Below are positions 12,696 to 22,100 of a DNA stretch of 45,861 bases, in pieces; position 1 is the first letter of the stretch; each line of letters starts with the position of its first letter. Source of the DNA: an uncultured delta proteobacterium (lineage in GTDB: Bacteria; Desulfobacterota; Desulfomonilia; UBA1062); contig CAVVYZ010000012.1 in the NCBI GenBank assembly GCA_963752595.1, positions 1 to 45,861 of the forward strand, written 5' to 3'. The position numbers were made by a program, and so were the translations under genes. The notes under the pieces were generated by a model. It ran no database searches and was not told the origin of the DNA. It was given only the letters and a program-made list of their open reading frames with translations.

Positions 12696-12742
12696 TGAAT
12701 GAGCATTCATTTTCTATAGACCTTTTCCGGCATTCGTGTCAA
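12696..12742 (-). promoter_or_regulatory. Sigma70-type promoter of the acyl-CoA dehydrogenase with downstream palindromic operator
   Basis: TTGACA on the minus strand at 12742-12737; perfect inverted repeat TGAATG-AG-CATTCA at 12696-12709 near the expected start site. Confidence 0.55.
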
Positions 12743-12797
12743 CATGATCCATATTGAGAATCGAAGGAGTTCTCTGTAATATGCTTCATATAAATAC

Positions 12798-12827
12798 TTT
12801 ACCGGGGTCAGGAGTTTAGTATATAAT
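12798..12827 (+). promoter_or_regulatory. Putative serC promoter
   Basis: TTTACC-N18-TATAAT upstream of SD GAGGAGG. Confidence 0.4.
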
Positions 12828-12863
12828 TAATTTCTCAACCCTTATTGAGGAGGAACAAATAGT

Positions 12864-13946
12864 ATGAGAAGTGTGTTCAATTTTAACCCAGGGCCGGCGG
12901 TATTGCCCGAGCCTGTTATAGAAAGCACGAGCAAAGCCGTATTGAATTTCGCGAATACCGGCATGTCCATCATGGAAGTGAGCCATCGGTCCAAAGAGTT
13001 CGATGCATTGCTCGTTGAAACCGAGTCTCTTCTGGCAGAGGTCATGGGTATCCCGGAGAATTACAAGGTTCTCTTTCTCCAGGGCGGCGCGAGTCTTCAG
13101 TTCGCCATGGTCCCCATGAATCTTCTTACCTCGGGCAAGGTTGCCGACTATATCGACACCGGCAACTGGTCGACGAACGCCATCAAAGAGGCCGTGAAGA
13201 TCGGGAAGGTAAATGTCGCTGCATCCACCAAGGACGACAAGTATACCAGGATACCTGCCCAGAGCGAGCTGAAGCTGACCCCCGATGCGGTCTACTGCCA
13301 TATCACTTCCAACAACACCATCGAAGGGACCCAGTATCATACCTTCCCGGACACGGGCAATGTCCCCCTTGTGGCCGACATGTCCTCAGACATCCTTTCC
13401 AAGAAAGTCGATGTGAGCAGGTTCGGGGTCATCTATGCCGGCGCCCAGAAAAACATGGGGCCTGCAGGGGTCACGATCGTGGTCATCCGGAAAGACCTTG
13501 CCGACCTGGTGCCTGAGAATGTTCCCGTGATGCTGAAATACTCCACGCACATCAAGGCGAGCTCAACATACAATACCTGCCCGGTGACCTCGATATTCGT
13601 TGTCCACGAGGTATTGAAATGGCTCAAGGATATCGGCGGGGTGGCTGAGATGGAAAAGATCAACAAAAAGAAGGCTGCCATAATCTACGATGTGCTGGAC
13701 AACAACAAGTTCTACAGGGGAACGGTACAGAAAGACTCCCGGTCGCTGATGAACATCCCCTTCAGGCTTCCCGCTGAAGATCTGGAAAATGAATTCATCT
13801 CCCAGGCCTCCAAGAAGAACCTGAAAGGCCTCAAAGGACACCGCTCGGTGGGCGGCATCCGTGCGTCGATCTACAACGCATTCCCGGTCGAGGGAGCCCA
13901 GGCGCTTGCCGACTTCATGGCCGAATTCGCGAAATCCCATTCGTAA
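12864..13946 (+). CDS. serC: Phosphoserine aminotransferase
   Basis: FNFNPGPAVLP, SHRSKEF, FLQGGASLQF, YAGAQKNMGPAG (PLP lysine), GHRSVGGIRASIYN. Confidence 0.97.
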   Translation: MRSVFNFNPGPAVLPEPVIESTSKAVLNFANTGMSIMEVSHRSKEFDALLVETESLLAEVMGIPENYKVLFLQGGASLQFAMVPMNLLTSGKVADYIDTGNWSTNAIKEAVKIGKVNVAASTKDDKYTRIPAQSELKLTPDAVYCHITSNNTIEGTQYHTFPDTGNVPLVADMSSDILSKKVDVSRFGVIYAGAQKNMGPAGVTIVVIRKDLADLVPENVPVMLKYSTHIKASSTYNTCPVTSIFVVHEVLKWLKDIGGVAEMEKINKKKAAIIYDVLDNNKFYRGTVQKDSRSLMNIPFRLPAEDLENEFISQASKKNLKGLKGHRSVGGIRASIYNAFPVEGAQALADFMAEFAKSHS

Positions 13947-13950
13947 CAGC

Positions 13951-13993
13951 AAGACGGGCAGAGGTGTAATCCTCTGCCCGTCTTTCCCTTTTT
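13951..13993 (+). terminator. Intrinsic terminator after serC
   Basis: Stem AAGACGGGCAGAGG / CCTCTGCCCGTCTT followed by a T-rich tract. Confidence 0.85.
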
Positions 13994-14058
13994 TATCCCA
14001 CCTCCGGAGTATTCGTATGTCCTCGTGTAGAAGTTTATGATACAACTTCCAGAAATGT

Positions 14059-14089
14059 TTGACATTTCAAATAACTAACGTTATATAAC
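14059..14089 (+). promoter_or_regulatory. TetR gene promoter with overlapping operator
   Basis: TTGACA-N17-TATATA, with the palindrome ATAAC-TAAC-GTTAT (14071-14084) lying between the -35 and -10 boxes. Confidence 0.6.
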
Positions 14090-14113
14090 ATTCTATGAAA
14101 TGAGAGGTTTTCT

Positions 14114-14785
14114 ATGCCGGTGAAGAATAAGTTCAGTTCTGAAGACATCATTAACGCAGCCTTCGCCATTTCCCGCGACCAGGGGGTTGAGAGCTGCTCT
14201 GCGCGTGCCATTGCAAACAAGCTGAAATCTTCGACCATGCCGATCTACTCGAGCCTCAACTCCATGAAGGAGCTCGAAGATGAGGTGATCAAGCGGGCCA
14301 TAGACCTCCTGATCAGCTATCAGACAAAGGAGCGGACCGGTGATGTTTTCCTGGATATGGGCATCGGCTACATCATGTTTGCCAAGATGGAGAAGCACCT
14401 CTTCAGGCTGCTGTTCCTCTCGGAGAGGAAAGAGGGGTATGAGGAAAAGAGGAAGCGTTTCAAAGAATATGTGATAGAGTCACTGCTGCAGAAACTGAGC
14501 GACTTTGAACCCTTGAAGGCATTCACCGATGACCAGAAGCGTGGGCTCATGGACCGGATGTGGATTTTCAACCACGGGCTCGCCATGCTCCTGAATTATT
14601 CCATCATCGAAGACCTCGACGAAAAACAGATTGCCGAGCTGCTCCTGGATACCGGGATATTTGTCATCACTGGAGAGAGAATGAGGGAGCAGGTCTACAA
14701 GAACAAAGATGTAAAGAAGTTTCTCAAGAGATCGGGCTTTGAATATTTATGCGATCAGAAGGGGGTCGATTTCAAATTGTTCTGA
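14114..14785 (+). CDS. TetR/AcrR family regulator
   Basis: N-terminal HTH IINAAFAISRDQGVESCSARAIANKLKSSTMPIYS and a WHG-like C-terminal segment (MWIFNHGLA). Confidence 0.9.
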   Translation: MPVKNKFSSEDIINAAFAISRDQGVESCSARAIANKLKSSTMPIYSSLNSMKELEDEVIKRAIDLLISYQTKERTGDVFLDMGIGYIMFAKMEKHLFRLLFLSERKEGYEEKRKRFKEYVIESLLQKLSDFEPLKAFTDDQKRGLMDRMWIFNHGLAMLLNYSIIEDLDEKQIAELLLDTGIFVITGERMREQVYKNKDVKKFLKRSGFEYLCDQKGVDFKLF

Positions 14786-14976
14786 TACGGGATCGATCTG
14801 GGATCGGCTGGAGAATATAAGCAAGAGTAACATTCTTTGCATTACACCTTTAAGCAGGATAATAAGGTCCTTGCATCGACCGGAAACTGCTTACGGATAT
14901 TCTCATTTCATTGGATCATAAACAGAGTATGATTCAAAGGGCATAACGTTGATTTTTTCATTGTTGGGGAGGGAAT

Positions 14977-15855
14977 ATGGTTTCTCGATCAAATGCGATA
15001 CGGGCTTGTATGGTAATTATGATTCTATCCGTGTCTTTTACGGGATGTTCGACGAATAAACTCATGGTCAAGTCCATGGACCCGCTCATGGAGGAGATGA
15101 ATACGGCCGTGAACAGGAACCCGGATGTGGACATGGTGCGGGATGCACTTCCGGCGAATCTTATCCAGCTCGACGGATTCATTGCCGCAGCGCCGGAAAC
15201 CAAGCTCCTCCTCCGTGCATCCGAGGCATATTTCGGCTACTCGTTCGCATTCGTGGAGGATACCGATAAGGATAGGGCGGGCTATCTCTACCTCAAGGCA
15301 AGGAATTATGCGCTGCGGGCCCTGACCGGAAGCGAATCCTATGAACAGGATATCAGCAAGCCCATTGAGGAATTCAGGACATACGTCAATGATCTCGGAA
15401 AAGGCGATGTCCCTGCACTGTACTGGTCCGCAAACTGCTGGATGGCGTGGATAGCCCTGAACCTGAGCAATCCGGCCGTGCTCATGGATGTGCCCAAGGT
15501 CGAGGCCATGCTCCAGAAAGTCGTAGAGCTGGACGAGAAATTCTATTACGGTGCTGCCCACGCAACACTGGGAGCCTTCTACGCATCCCGGTCCAAAACC
15601 ATCGGCGGGGATCCGGATAAGGCGAAACAGCATTTCGATCGGGCATTCCAGATCTCGGAGTCGAAGCTGCTCTTCATCCATCTGCTCTATGCCCAGTACT
15701 ATGCCTACCAGATCCAGGACAGGGATCTGTTCGAACAAACGCTCCAGAAGGTGATATCAACACCCGTGAACTTCTTCCCGGAAAAGAATTTTGCCAATGA
15801 AGTTGCCAAGAGGAAGGCAAGGGTGTTGCTGAATAATATTGATGAATACTTTTAG
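14977..15855 (+). CDS. TPAT system TatT component (helical lipoprotein)
   Basis: Lipobox-like FTGC after a hydrophobic signal; helical TPR-like body (YYGAAH...GGDPDKAKQHFDRA); sits directly upstream of dctPQM. Confidence 0.85.
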   Translation: MVSRSNAIRACMVIMILSVSFTGCSTNKLMVKSMDPLMEEMNTAVNRNPDVDMVRDALPANLIQLDGFIAAAPETKLLLRASEAYFGYSFAFVEDTDKDRAGYLYLKARNYALRALTGSESYEQDISKPIEEFRTYVNDLGKGDVPALYWSANCWMAWIALNLSNPAVLMDVPKVEAMLQKVVELDEKFYYGAAHATLGAFYASRSKTIGGDPDKAKQHFDRAFQISESKLLFIHLLYAQYYAYQIQDRDLFEQTLQKVISTPVNFFPEKNFANEVAKRKARVLLNNIDEYF

Positions 15856-15898
15856 CGGGGCTTAAAAGCAAAGCGAATACAGAGGGGGTTCAACCGGT

Positions 15899-16957
15899 AT
15901 GAAAAAGATGCTGTATGGATTTCTGGTTCTCATCTCAATGCTGTTCTTCATCTGTCAGGGTGCATATGCGTCCGGTCAAGCGGGCAAAGTCACGATAAAG
16001 ATAGCGACGATTGCTCCCAAGGGATCGAACTTCATGAATACCTACGAAGAGCTGGTTCGACAGATAAAAGCAAAGACGAACGGCCAGGTCGATTTCAAGA
16101 TCTACTGGGGAGGCGTGCAGGGCGATGAGAAGGACGTCCTGAGGAAGATAAAGCTCGGGCAGCTTCACGGCGGAGGCTTCATGGGCCCCGGCCTGGGAGA
16201 GATCGTTCCCGAGGTGCGGGTTACGGAGCTTCCGTACCTGTTCAGGAATTACCAGGAGGTGGCATACGTCCGGGCAGGCCTGAGAGACACCATGAACAAG
16301 CTCTTTGAGGAAAAGGGATATGTCGTGCTCGGGTGGATGGACTTAGGCTTCCTCTATACCTTCTCCAAGACACCGCTCACCTCGCTGGAGATCGCACGGA
16401 AGCAGAAGTGGTGGACACTGGAAGGCGAGCCTATCGGGCGCGAGATGTTCAATGTCCTCGGGATATCGCCCATCTCCCTTTCCATTACCGATGTCGCTAC
16501 ATCCCTTTCAACCAATATGGTCGATGCTGCAAACACCACGCCCTACGGTGCAGTGGCCTTCCAGTGGTACTCGAAATTTAATTACATGAACGAATTTCCC
16601 ACCTCGAATATCGTGGGCGCCACGATCATAACGAAGAAAATGTGGGATAAGATCTCGCCTGAGAACCAGAAGATCATGATGCAGGTCTCGCACGAATGCC
16701 ACGGGAGGCTCGTGGAGGCGACTCGCAAAGAGGATGCTCAGTGCGTGCAGATCCTCCGCAAAGCAGGCATCAAGGTCATCCGCAACAACGGCAATCTCAA
16801 CAAGGATATGAAGTACATCTTCGATGCAGCGAAAACGACTAGGGAAAACCTGGTAGGCAAGCTCTATCCCCGGGAACTCCTCAACCGGACGCTCGCACTG
16901 CTCGAAGAGTACCGGCGTGCCCATCCCAAAGACACTGCCGTGATCCACATCCAATAG
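15899..16957 (+). CDS. dctP: TRAP substrate-binding protein DctP (TatP-like)
   Basis: Signal peptide; KIATIAPKGS, TNGQVDFKIYWGGVQGDE, LRKIKLGQLHG, ELPYLF. Confidence 0.9.
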   Translation: MKKMLYGFLVLISMLFFICQGAYASGQAGKVTIKIATIAPKGSNFMNTYEELVRQIKAKTNGQVDFKIYWGGVQGDEKDVLRKIKLGQLHGGGFMGPGLGEIVPEVRVTELPYLFRNYQEVAYVRAGLRDTMNKLFEEKGYVVLGWMDLGFLYTFSKTPLTSLEIARKQKWWTLEGEPIGREMFNVLGISPISLSITDVATSLSTNMVDAANTTPYGAVAFQWYSKFNYMNEFPTSNIVGATIITKKMWDKISPENQKIMMQVSHECHGRLVEATRKEDAQCVQILRKAGIKVIRNNGNLNKDMKYIFDAAKTTRENLVGKLYPRELLNRTLALLEEYRRAHPKDTAVIHIQ

Positions 16958-16970
16958 GGGGGTTGAGGCG

Positions 16971-17534
16971 ATGCGGTGCACCCAGTGCGGAAGCGACAAC
17001 CTAGGCGGGATGACAGAAATATGCCCTGAGTGCGGCGGGAGGATCTCCCCTCCGCACGGCCTGCTCAAGGTCATTTCCTGGGTGGAGGATGCTGCCATCT
17101 CCTTCATGCTGCTCAGCATGATCCTGATCGTGCTCGTTCAGATTTTCTTACGCAATTTTTACTCCACCGGGGTTTCCGGCGGAGCTGAGATCGTGCGTCA
17201 TCTCGTGCTCTGGGTTGCTTTTCTCGGCGCAGGCATCGCTGCCCGGGAGCGGAAACACATCAAGATCGATATCGCCCAGAGGATGCTCTCGCCCCGCCTG
17301 AGGTATCTTGCGGAATTCATTACCGACCTCTTCACGACGGTTATCTGCGGGATCCTCCTGTACGCATCCATCCAGTTCGTCATTTCCGACCGCGATACGG
17401 GTACGACCATCGCCTTCTTCAATATATCGATCTGGGTACTCGAGCTGGTAATACCGCTTGGTTACTCCGCGGTCACGATCCGGTACTGCATATACTGCCT
17501 GCAGTCTCTCGTGAAACTTGTGAAGGGGGTGTGA
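16971..17534 (+). CDS. dctQ: TRAP small permease DctQ with N-terminal CxxC...CxxC extension
   Basis: Four hydrophobic helices, EIVRHLVLWVAFLGAGIAARERKHIKID; the N-terminus is CTQCG...CPECGG. Confidence 0.88.
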   Translation: MRCTQCGSDNLGGMTEICPECGGRISPPHGLLKVISWVEDAAISFMLLSMILIVLVQIFLRNFYSTGVSGGAEIVRHLVLWVAFLGAGIAARERKHIKIDIAQRMLSPRLRYLAEFITDLFTTVICGILLYASIQFVISDRDTGTTIAFFNISIWVLELVIPLGYSAVTIRYCIYCLQSLVKLVKGV

Positions 17535-17538
17535 GGCC

Positions 17539-18816
17539 ATGATCACCGCGCTGATTATCCTGTTTCTCCTCATGATGTTCCTCGGCGCCCCCATGTTTGC
17601 TATCCTGGCGGCCTTTGCACTGCTCGGGTTCTACATCTCCGACATCCGGTTCGCCGCCCTGATCGTCGACATCTACAGCCAGTTTTCCAATAACCCCGTG
17701 CTGTATACCATCCCCATCTTCACCTTTGCAGGGTTCATCCTTGCCGAGAGCAAGGCCTCCATCCGGGTGGTGAACTTCTCGCAGGCGATCCTCGGGTGGC
17801 TTCCCGGAGGACTAGCCATTGTGGCCCTGGTGGCGTGCGCCTTTTTCACCACCTTTACCGGAGCATCCGGCGTGACCATCATTGCGCTGGGAGGGCTGCT
17901 CTATCCGGCGCTCATGAAGGGGAAATATTCCGAAAATTTCAGTCTCGGGCTCCTGACGACCTCCGGCAGCCTGGGTCTGCTCTTCTTCCCGAGCCTGCCC
18001 ATCATCATCTATGGCGTGGTGTCGGAGACGAGCATCACCCAGCTCTTCGCGGCAGGGATCATCCCCGGGATCTTCCTGATGATCGTGCTGTCGATCTACA
18101 GCTCCTTTGTCGCGAAGAAAACCAAAGCAGAAAGAACCAAAACCTCCATGAAGGAGATCATTGCAACGACACGGGCCGCCAAATGGGAGCTTTTCATCCC
18201 CGTGATGCTCGTAGTGGGAATCTTCGGCGGGTTCGTGACCCTGGGCGAGATCGCTTCCATCATGGTGGCATATGCGTTCATCGTGGAGGTGTTCATTCAC
18301 AGGGACATCCGTATCAGGCAATTTCCGGTTATCATCCGCGAGAGCATGGTGCTGGTCGGCGCAATATTCATCATCTTCAGCTCAGCACTGGCGCTGACTA
18401 CCTACATGATCGACGCCGAGATTCCCATGAAGATACTCGATGTGCTCAAGGTGCACCTCACCTCCAAGATCACGTTCCTCATAGCGCTGAACATATTCCT
18501 GCTCTTCGCAGGCAGCCTCATGGAGATCTACGGAGCGCTCGTGGTCGTGGTGCCGCTCATCGTGCCTATCGCCCAGGAGTACGGCATCAATCCCGTGCAC
18601 CTGGGGATCATCTTTCTGACCAACCTGGAGATAGGGTACTCGATGCCTCCGGTGGGCCTGAACCTGATCATCTCCTGCATCAGGTTCCAGAAGCCCGTTA
18701 CAAGCCTTTATCGGGCTTGCCTACCTTTCATCGTCATCATGATTATTGCGCTGATGGTGATTACCTATGTGCCTTGGATGAGCCTGGCGCTCATCGAGCG
18801 CTTCGGCATCCGGTAA
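17539..18816 (+). CDS. dctM: TRAP large permease DctM
   Basis: Highly hydrophobic 425 aa; IPIFTFAG, TGASG, GLLFFPS, GINPVHLGIIF, PPVGLNL. Confidence 0.93.
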   Translation: MITALIILFLLMMFLGAPMFAILAAFALLGFYISDIRFAALIVDIYSQFSNNPVLYTIPIFTFAGFILAESKASIRVVNFSQAILGWLPGGLAIVALVACAFFTTFTGASGVTIIALGGLLYPALMKGKYSENFSLGLLTTSGSLGLLFFPSLPIIIYGVVSETSITQLFAAGIIPGIFLMIVLSIYSSFVAKKTKAERTKTSMKEIIATTRAAKWELFIPVMLVVGIFGGFVTLGEIASIMVAYAFIVEVFIHRDIRIRQFPVIIRESMVLVGAIFIIFSSALALTTYMIDAEIPMKILDVLKVHLTSKITFLIALNIFLLFAGSLMEIYGALVVVVPLIVPIAQEYGINPVHLGIIFLTNLEIGYSMPPVGLNLIISCIRFQKPVTSLYRACLPFIVIMIIALMVITYVPWMSLALIERFGIR

Positions 18817-18834
18817 AGGAGGGGAACTATCGTA

Positions 18835-19266
18835 TCAGGCGACTTCGACGAGTTCGATGTCGAATACAAGCGTTTTCCCTGCAAGGGGGTGATTGGCGTC
18901 GAGGCGCACCGATTCATCCTGGATCTCGCTGACCACGACGGGAAGCTCTTCTCCGTTATTGTCCACGATGATAAGCCTCATGCCCGGTTCGGGGCTGATA
19001 TCTTCGGGAAAATGCTCTTTCGGCATTTCGACGACGAGGTTGTCGTTGTAGGGTCCGTAGGCTTCTTCGGGTTTGATAGAGATTGTCTTCTTTTCGCCGA
19101 CGTTCATGCCGACAGCCGCTTCTTCGAAACCCGGGATCACCTCGTTGCCTCCGAGGGTGAATTCAAGAGGATCCCCACCTACTGAAGAGTCGAAAACCAT
19201 ACCGTCCTCAAACCGGCCGGTATAGTGCACTTTTACGGTATTGCCATTTTTAACTGATTCAGTCAT
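18835..19266 (-). CDS. FKBP-type peptidyl-prolyl isomerase (SlyD/SlpA-like, no His-rich tail)
   Basis: VKVHYTGRFEDGMVFDSS...IPGFEEA...PEEAYG...LDANHPLAGKTLVFDIEL; start MTES after GGAGG. Confidence 0.92.
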   Translation of the reverse strand: MTESVKNGNTVKVHYTGRFEDGMVFDSSVGGDPLEFTLGGNEVIPGFEEAAVGMNVGEKKTISIKPEEAYGPYNDNLVVEMPKEHFPEDISPEPGMRLIIVDNNGEELPVVVSEIQDESVRLDANHPLAGKTLVFDIELVEVA

Positions 19267-19490
19267 TCTTTTTCCTCCGGGAGTTTGGATATTCTTTTCA
19301 AACGTAACAGATACGGGTATAAAACACAAAAGGAATAAATTCATATGCTTCATACGTTCCGTGATCTGTACCTTGAAAGAACTTACGATCAAATCATTGA
19401 TATAGGTATTCCTTTGAGAATGTCCATACCTTCAGGTATACTATTTTTTCACATGACTGATTCTCTCGAAGGAAGGGAGGCTTAAGCGGC

Positions 19491-20204
19491 ATGGCCAAGG
19501 TCGAGTATGTACTGGACGAAGGCGTTTCAATCGTCACCATGAACAGTGGGGAAAACCGGTTCAATATGGGCTTTATCGAAGAATTCATGGCAGTGCTCGA
19601 TGCAATCGAACATCAGACCGATGCGAAGGCCCTGGTGGTCAGATCAGCCCATGACAAGATCTTCTGCAACGGGATCGACCTCGACTGGCTCGTTCCCGTA
19701 GCTAAGGCAAACGACACCGAAACGATCAGGAAATTCTGCTTTGCCCTCAACGGCCTGCTCCGTAGGCTCCTGACCTATCCCATGCCCACAATCGCAGCAA
19801 TTACCGGGCATGCCTTTGCAGGGGGAGCCATCATGACCTGCTGCTTCGATTTCCGCTTCATGCGCTCGGACAGGGGCTTTTTCTGCTTCCCCGAGGTAGA
19901 CCTCGGCATACCCTTCTGGCCGGGCATGGTGGCCATGGTGAAAAAGGCCATCCCTCAGCACACCCTCGATGAATTATACTACCTGGGCAAGCGCATGAGC
20001 GGCAAAGAATGCGAGGAGCACCACATCGTCATGAAGTCTTGCCCCATGGATGAGCTTATGCCCACAGTCCTCTCTTTTGCGAAAGGGCTGAACAAGATCC
20101 GCCGGTATTATAAAGCTCAGAAGGACAGGATGAATGCCGGCATCATGCGCATCATCGACGAGGAAGACCCGGCGGTGATCGGAAAAGGCTCGATCTCGGC
20201 ATAA
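19491..20204 (+). CDS. Enoyl-CoA hydratase/isomerase family protein (delta3-delta2 isomerase-like)
   Basis: ENRFN, FCNGIDL, AAITGHAFAGG, FPEVDLGIPF. Confidence 0.88.
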   Translation: MAKVEYVLDEGVSIVTMNSGENRFNMGFIEEFMAVLDAIEHQTDAKALVVRSAHDKIFCNGIDLDWLVPVAKANDTETIRKFCFALNGLLRRLLTYPMPTIAAITGHAFAGGAIMTCCFDFRFMRSDRGFFCFPEVDLGIPFWPGMVAMVKKAIPQHTLDELYYLGKRMSGKECEEHHIVMKSCPMDELMPTVLSFAKGLNKIRRYYKAQKDRMNAGIMRIIDEEDPAVIGKGSISA

Positions 20205-20331
20205 GAGATTCATCCCAAACGGAGCGCCGCGCGATTATCTTCCGGGAGGAGAGAATTCTTTCTTCCGTGCTTGGAGGTCCGACCAATTTATGGTATGAGG
20301 ATAGTACCTTTCCGATCCGCGAGGAGGATGT

Positions 20332-21891
20332 ATGGCAGAGAAGAATTATGTCCTGGCTATCGATTCCGGCACGCAGAGCATCCGGGCAGTGCTCTTTGAC
20401 ATTCAGGGCAACGAGGTTGCCATAGAGCAGGCGCATTACGGGCCGTATCTATCGCTGAAACCCGGTTGGGCCGAGCAGAGGACAGAAGACTACTGGTCAA
20501 AGCTCTGCGAGGTCACCAAAGGCCTCATGGCCAAGATCTCCATAGACCCGCAGGACATAGCGGCAGTGGGCATAACCACCCAGCGCGGCACGGTCATCCC
20601 CATGGACAAGGACGGCAATGCCCTGAGGAACGCCATCATCTGGCTCGATCGCAGAACCGTCTCCAGCCCTCCTCCTTTCGGCATCGCAGAAAAGCTGATC
20701 TTCGGTGCTGCCGGCCTGCTCGATGCCATGAGGTATGCCCAGAAGCACTCGTATTTTTTATGGATCATGCAGAACGAGCCCCGCATCTATGAAAAGACGC
20801 ACAAGTTCGTCCAGGCCTCCGGGTTTTTCGTACGGAAGCTCACCGGCGAGTTCCATGATTCCATCGGCATGGTCACCGGGATCTGGCCCTTTGATTACAA
20901 GAAGCTCAAGTGGCACCCTATCAATCTCGCCTACGGTCCGCTGGGCATGATGAAAGAGCAGTGCGTCACCCTGTTTCCCCCGAATGAAGTCCTGGGGCGT
21001 ATCACGAAACAGGCTGCGGCCGAGACAGGCCTGCCCGAAGGGCTGCCGGTCGTGGTGGGCGCCGGCGACAAGCAGAGCGAGCTCTTAGGAGCAGGCGCGC
21101 TGGACCAGAGGATCGCGGAGATCAGCTTCGGAACCGCCACCGCCATGCATGTGATGACCAAAAAGTACATCGTCGATAAGGACATGCGGTTTTTCACCTG
21201 GCCCGCTGCGATCCCGAACACCTGGGACATCGAGATGTTCATCTTCCGCGGGTTCTGGATGGTTACCTGGTTCAAAGAGGAATTCGGGCACCGTGAGGCG
21301 CAGGAAGCCCTGAACCGGGGCGTTGCGCCCGAGGCGATCTTCGATGAGGTCATCCGGGACATTCCGCCCGGCTGCATGGGCCTCATGCTCCAGCCCTACT
21401 GGTCTCCCATGGTTTATAACAAGTATGCGAAAGGCTCGATCATCGGCTTCACCGACGTTCACACCCGGGCACATATCTATCGCGCCATCCTCGAAGGTAT
21501 CGGCTTCGAGCTCAAGCGCCTTGCCGAGATCGTCCAGAAGAGGATCGGCGTCCGGTTCGAGGAGATCAGGGTAGGCGGCGGCGGATCGAAGAGCGACGTG
21601 GCTGTCCAGATTGCAGCGGACATGTTCGGTCTGCCGGTTTCGCGCATGGCGACATCCGAGATCTCTGCCCTGGGCGCTGCCATGGATGCAGCGGTTGCCG
21701 TGAAGATGCACACGGGCTTCGAAGACGCGGTCAAGGCCATGGTCAGGAAGGGCAGGACCTTTGAGCCGAACTCTTCGAGCAGGGACATCTACAACGACCT
21801 GTTCAACGAGGTATACATGAAGACCTATACCGCCGTTGAACCCCTGAACCGGAAGATCGCCCAGATCACGGGCTATCCTGCGGAAGATTAA
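20332..21891 (+). CDS. FGGY-family carbohydrate kinase
   Basis: LAIDSGTQSIRA, PGWAEQ, TTQR, AIIWLDRR, GAGDKQ, RAILEG, GGGSKS. Confidence 0.92.
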   Translation: MAEKNYVLAIDSGTQSIRAVLFDIQGNEVAIEQAHYGPYLSLKPGWAEQRTEDYWSKLCEVTKGLMAKISIDPQDIAAVGITTQRGTVIPMDKDGNALRNAIIWLDRRTVSSPPPFGIAEKLIFGAAGLLDAMRYAQKHSYFLWIMQNEPRIYEKTHKFVQASGFFVRKLTGEFHDSIGMVTGIWPFDYKKLKWHPINLAYGPLGMMKEQCVTLFPPNEVLGRITKQAAAETGLPEGLPVVVGAGDKQSELLGAGALDQRIAEISFGTATAMHVMTKKYIVDKDMRFFTWPAAIPNTWDIEMFIFRGFWMVTWFKEEFGHREAQEALNRGVAPEAIFDEVIRDIPPGCMGLMLQPYWSPMVYNKYAKGSIIGFTDVHTRAHIYRAILEGIGFELKRLAEIVQKRIGVRFEEIRVGGGGSKSDVAVQIAADMFGLPVSRMATSEISALGAAMDAAVAVKMHTGFEDAVKAMVRKGRTFEPNSSSRDIYNDLFNEVYMKTYTAVEPLNRKIAQITGYPAED

Positions 21892-21920
21892 ATCTCCTCT
21901 TTGCAAACGTAAAGAACACC

Positions 21921-21960
21921 AGCCGGTCATTCCTATTAAAAATGGGCATGGCCGGCTTCT
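21921..21960 (+). terminator. Probable terminator after the FGGY kinase
   Basis: Hairpin AGCCGGTCAT...ATGGCCGGCT followed by a pyrimidine run. Confidence 0.5.
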
Positions 21961-22100
21961 CTATACGTCTTTCGAACCTTTCACCTCCCCCCAAGATAAC
22001 TATTCATAATTTTAAAGGGAAATGCCGATTTACCCCTTGACATTATGAGACAGTTCAAGCACATACACAAAACTAGATTAGGAGAAATCCTTTAATTGAA

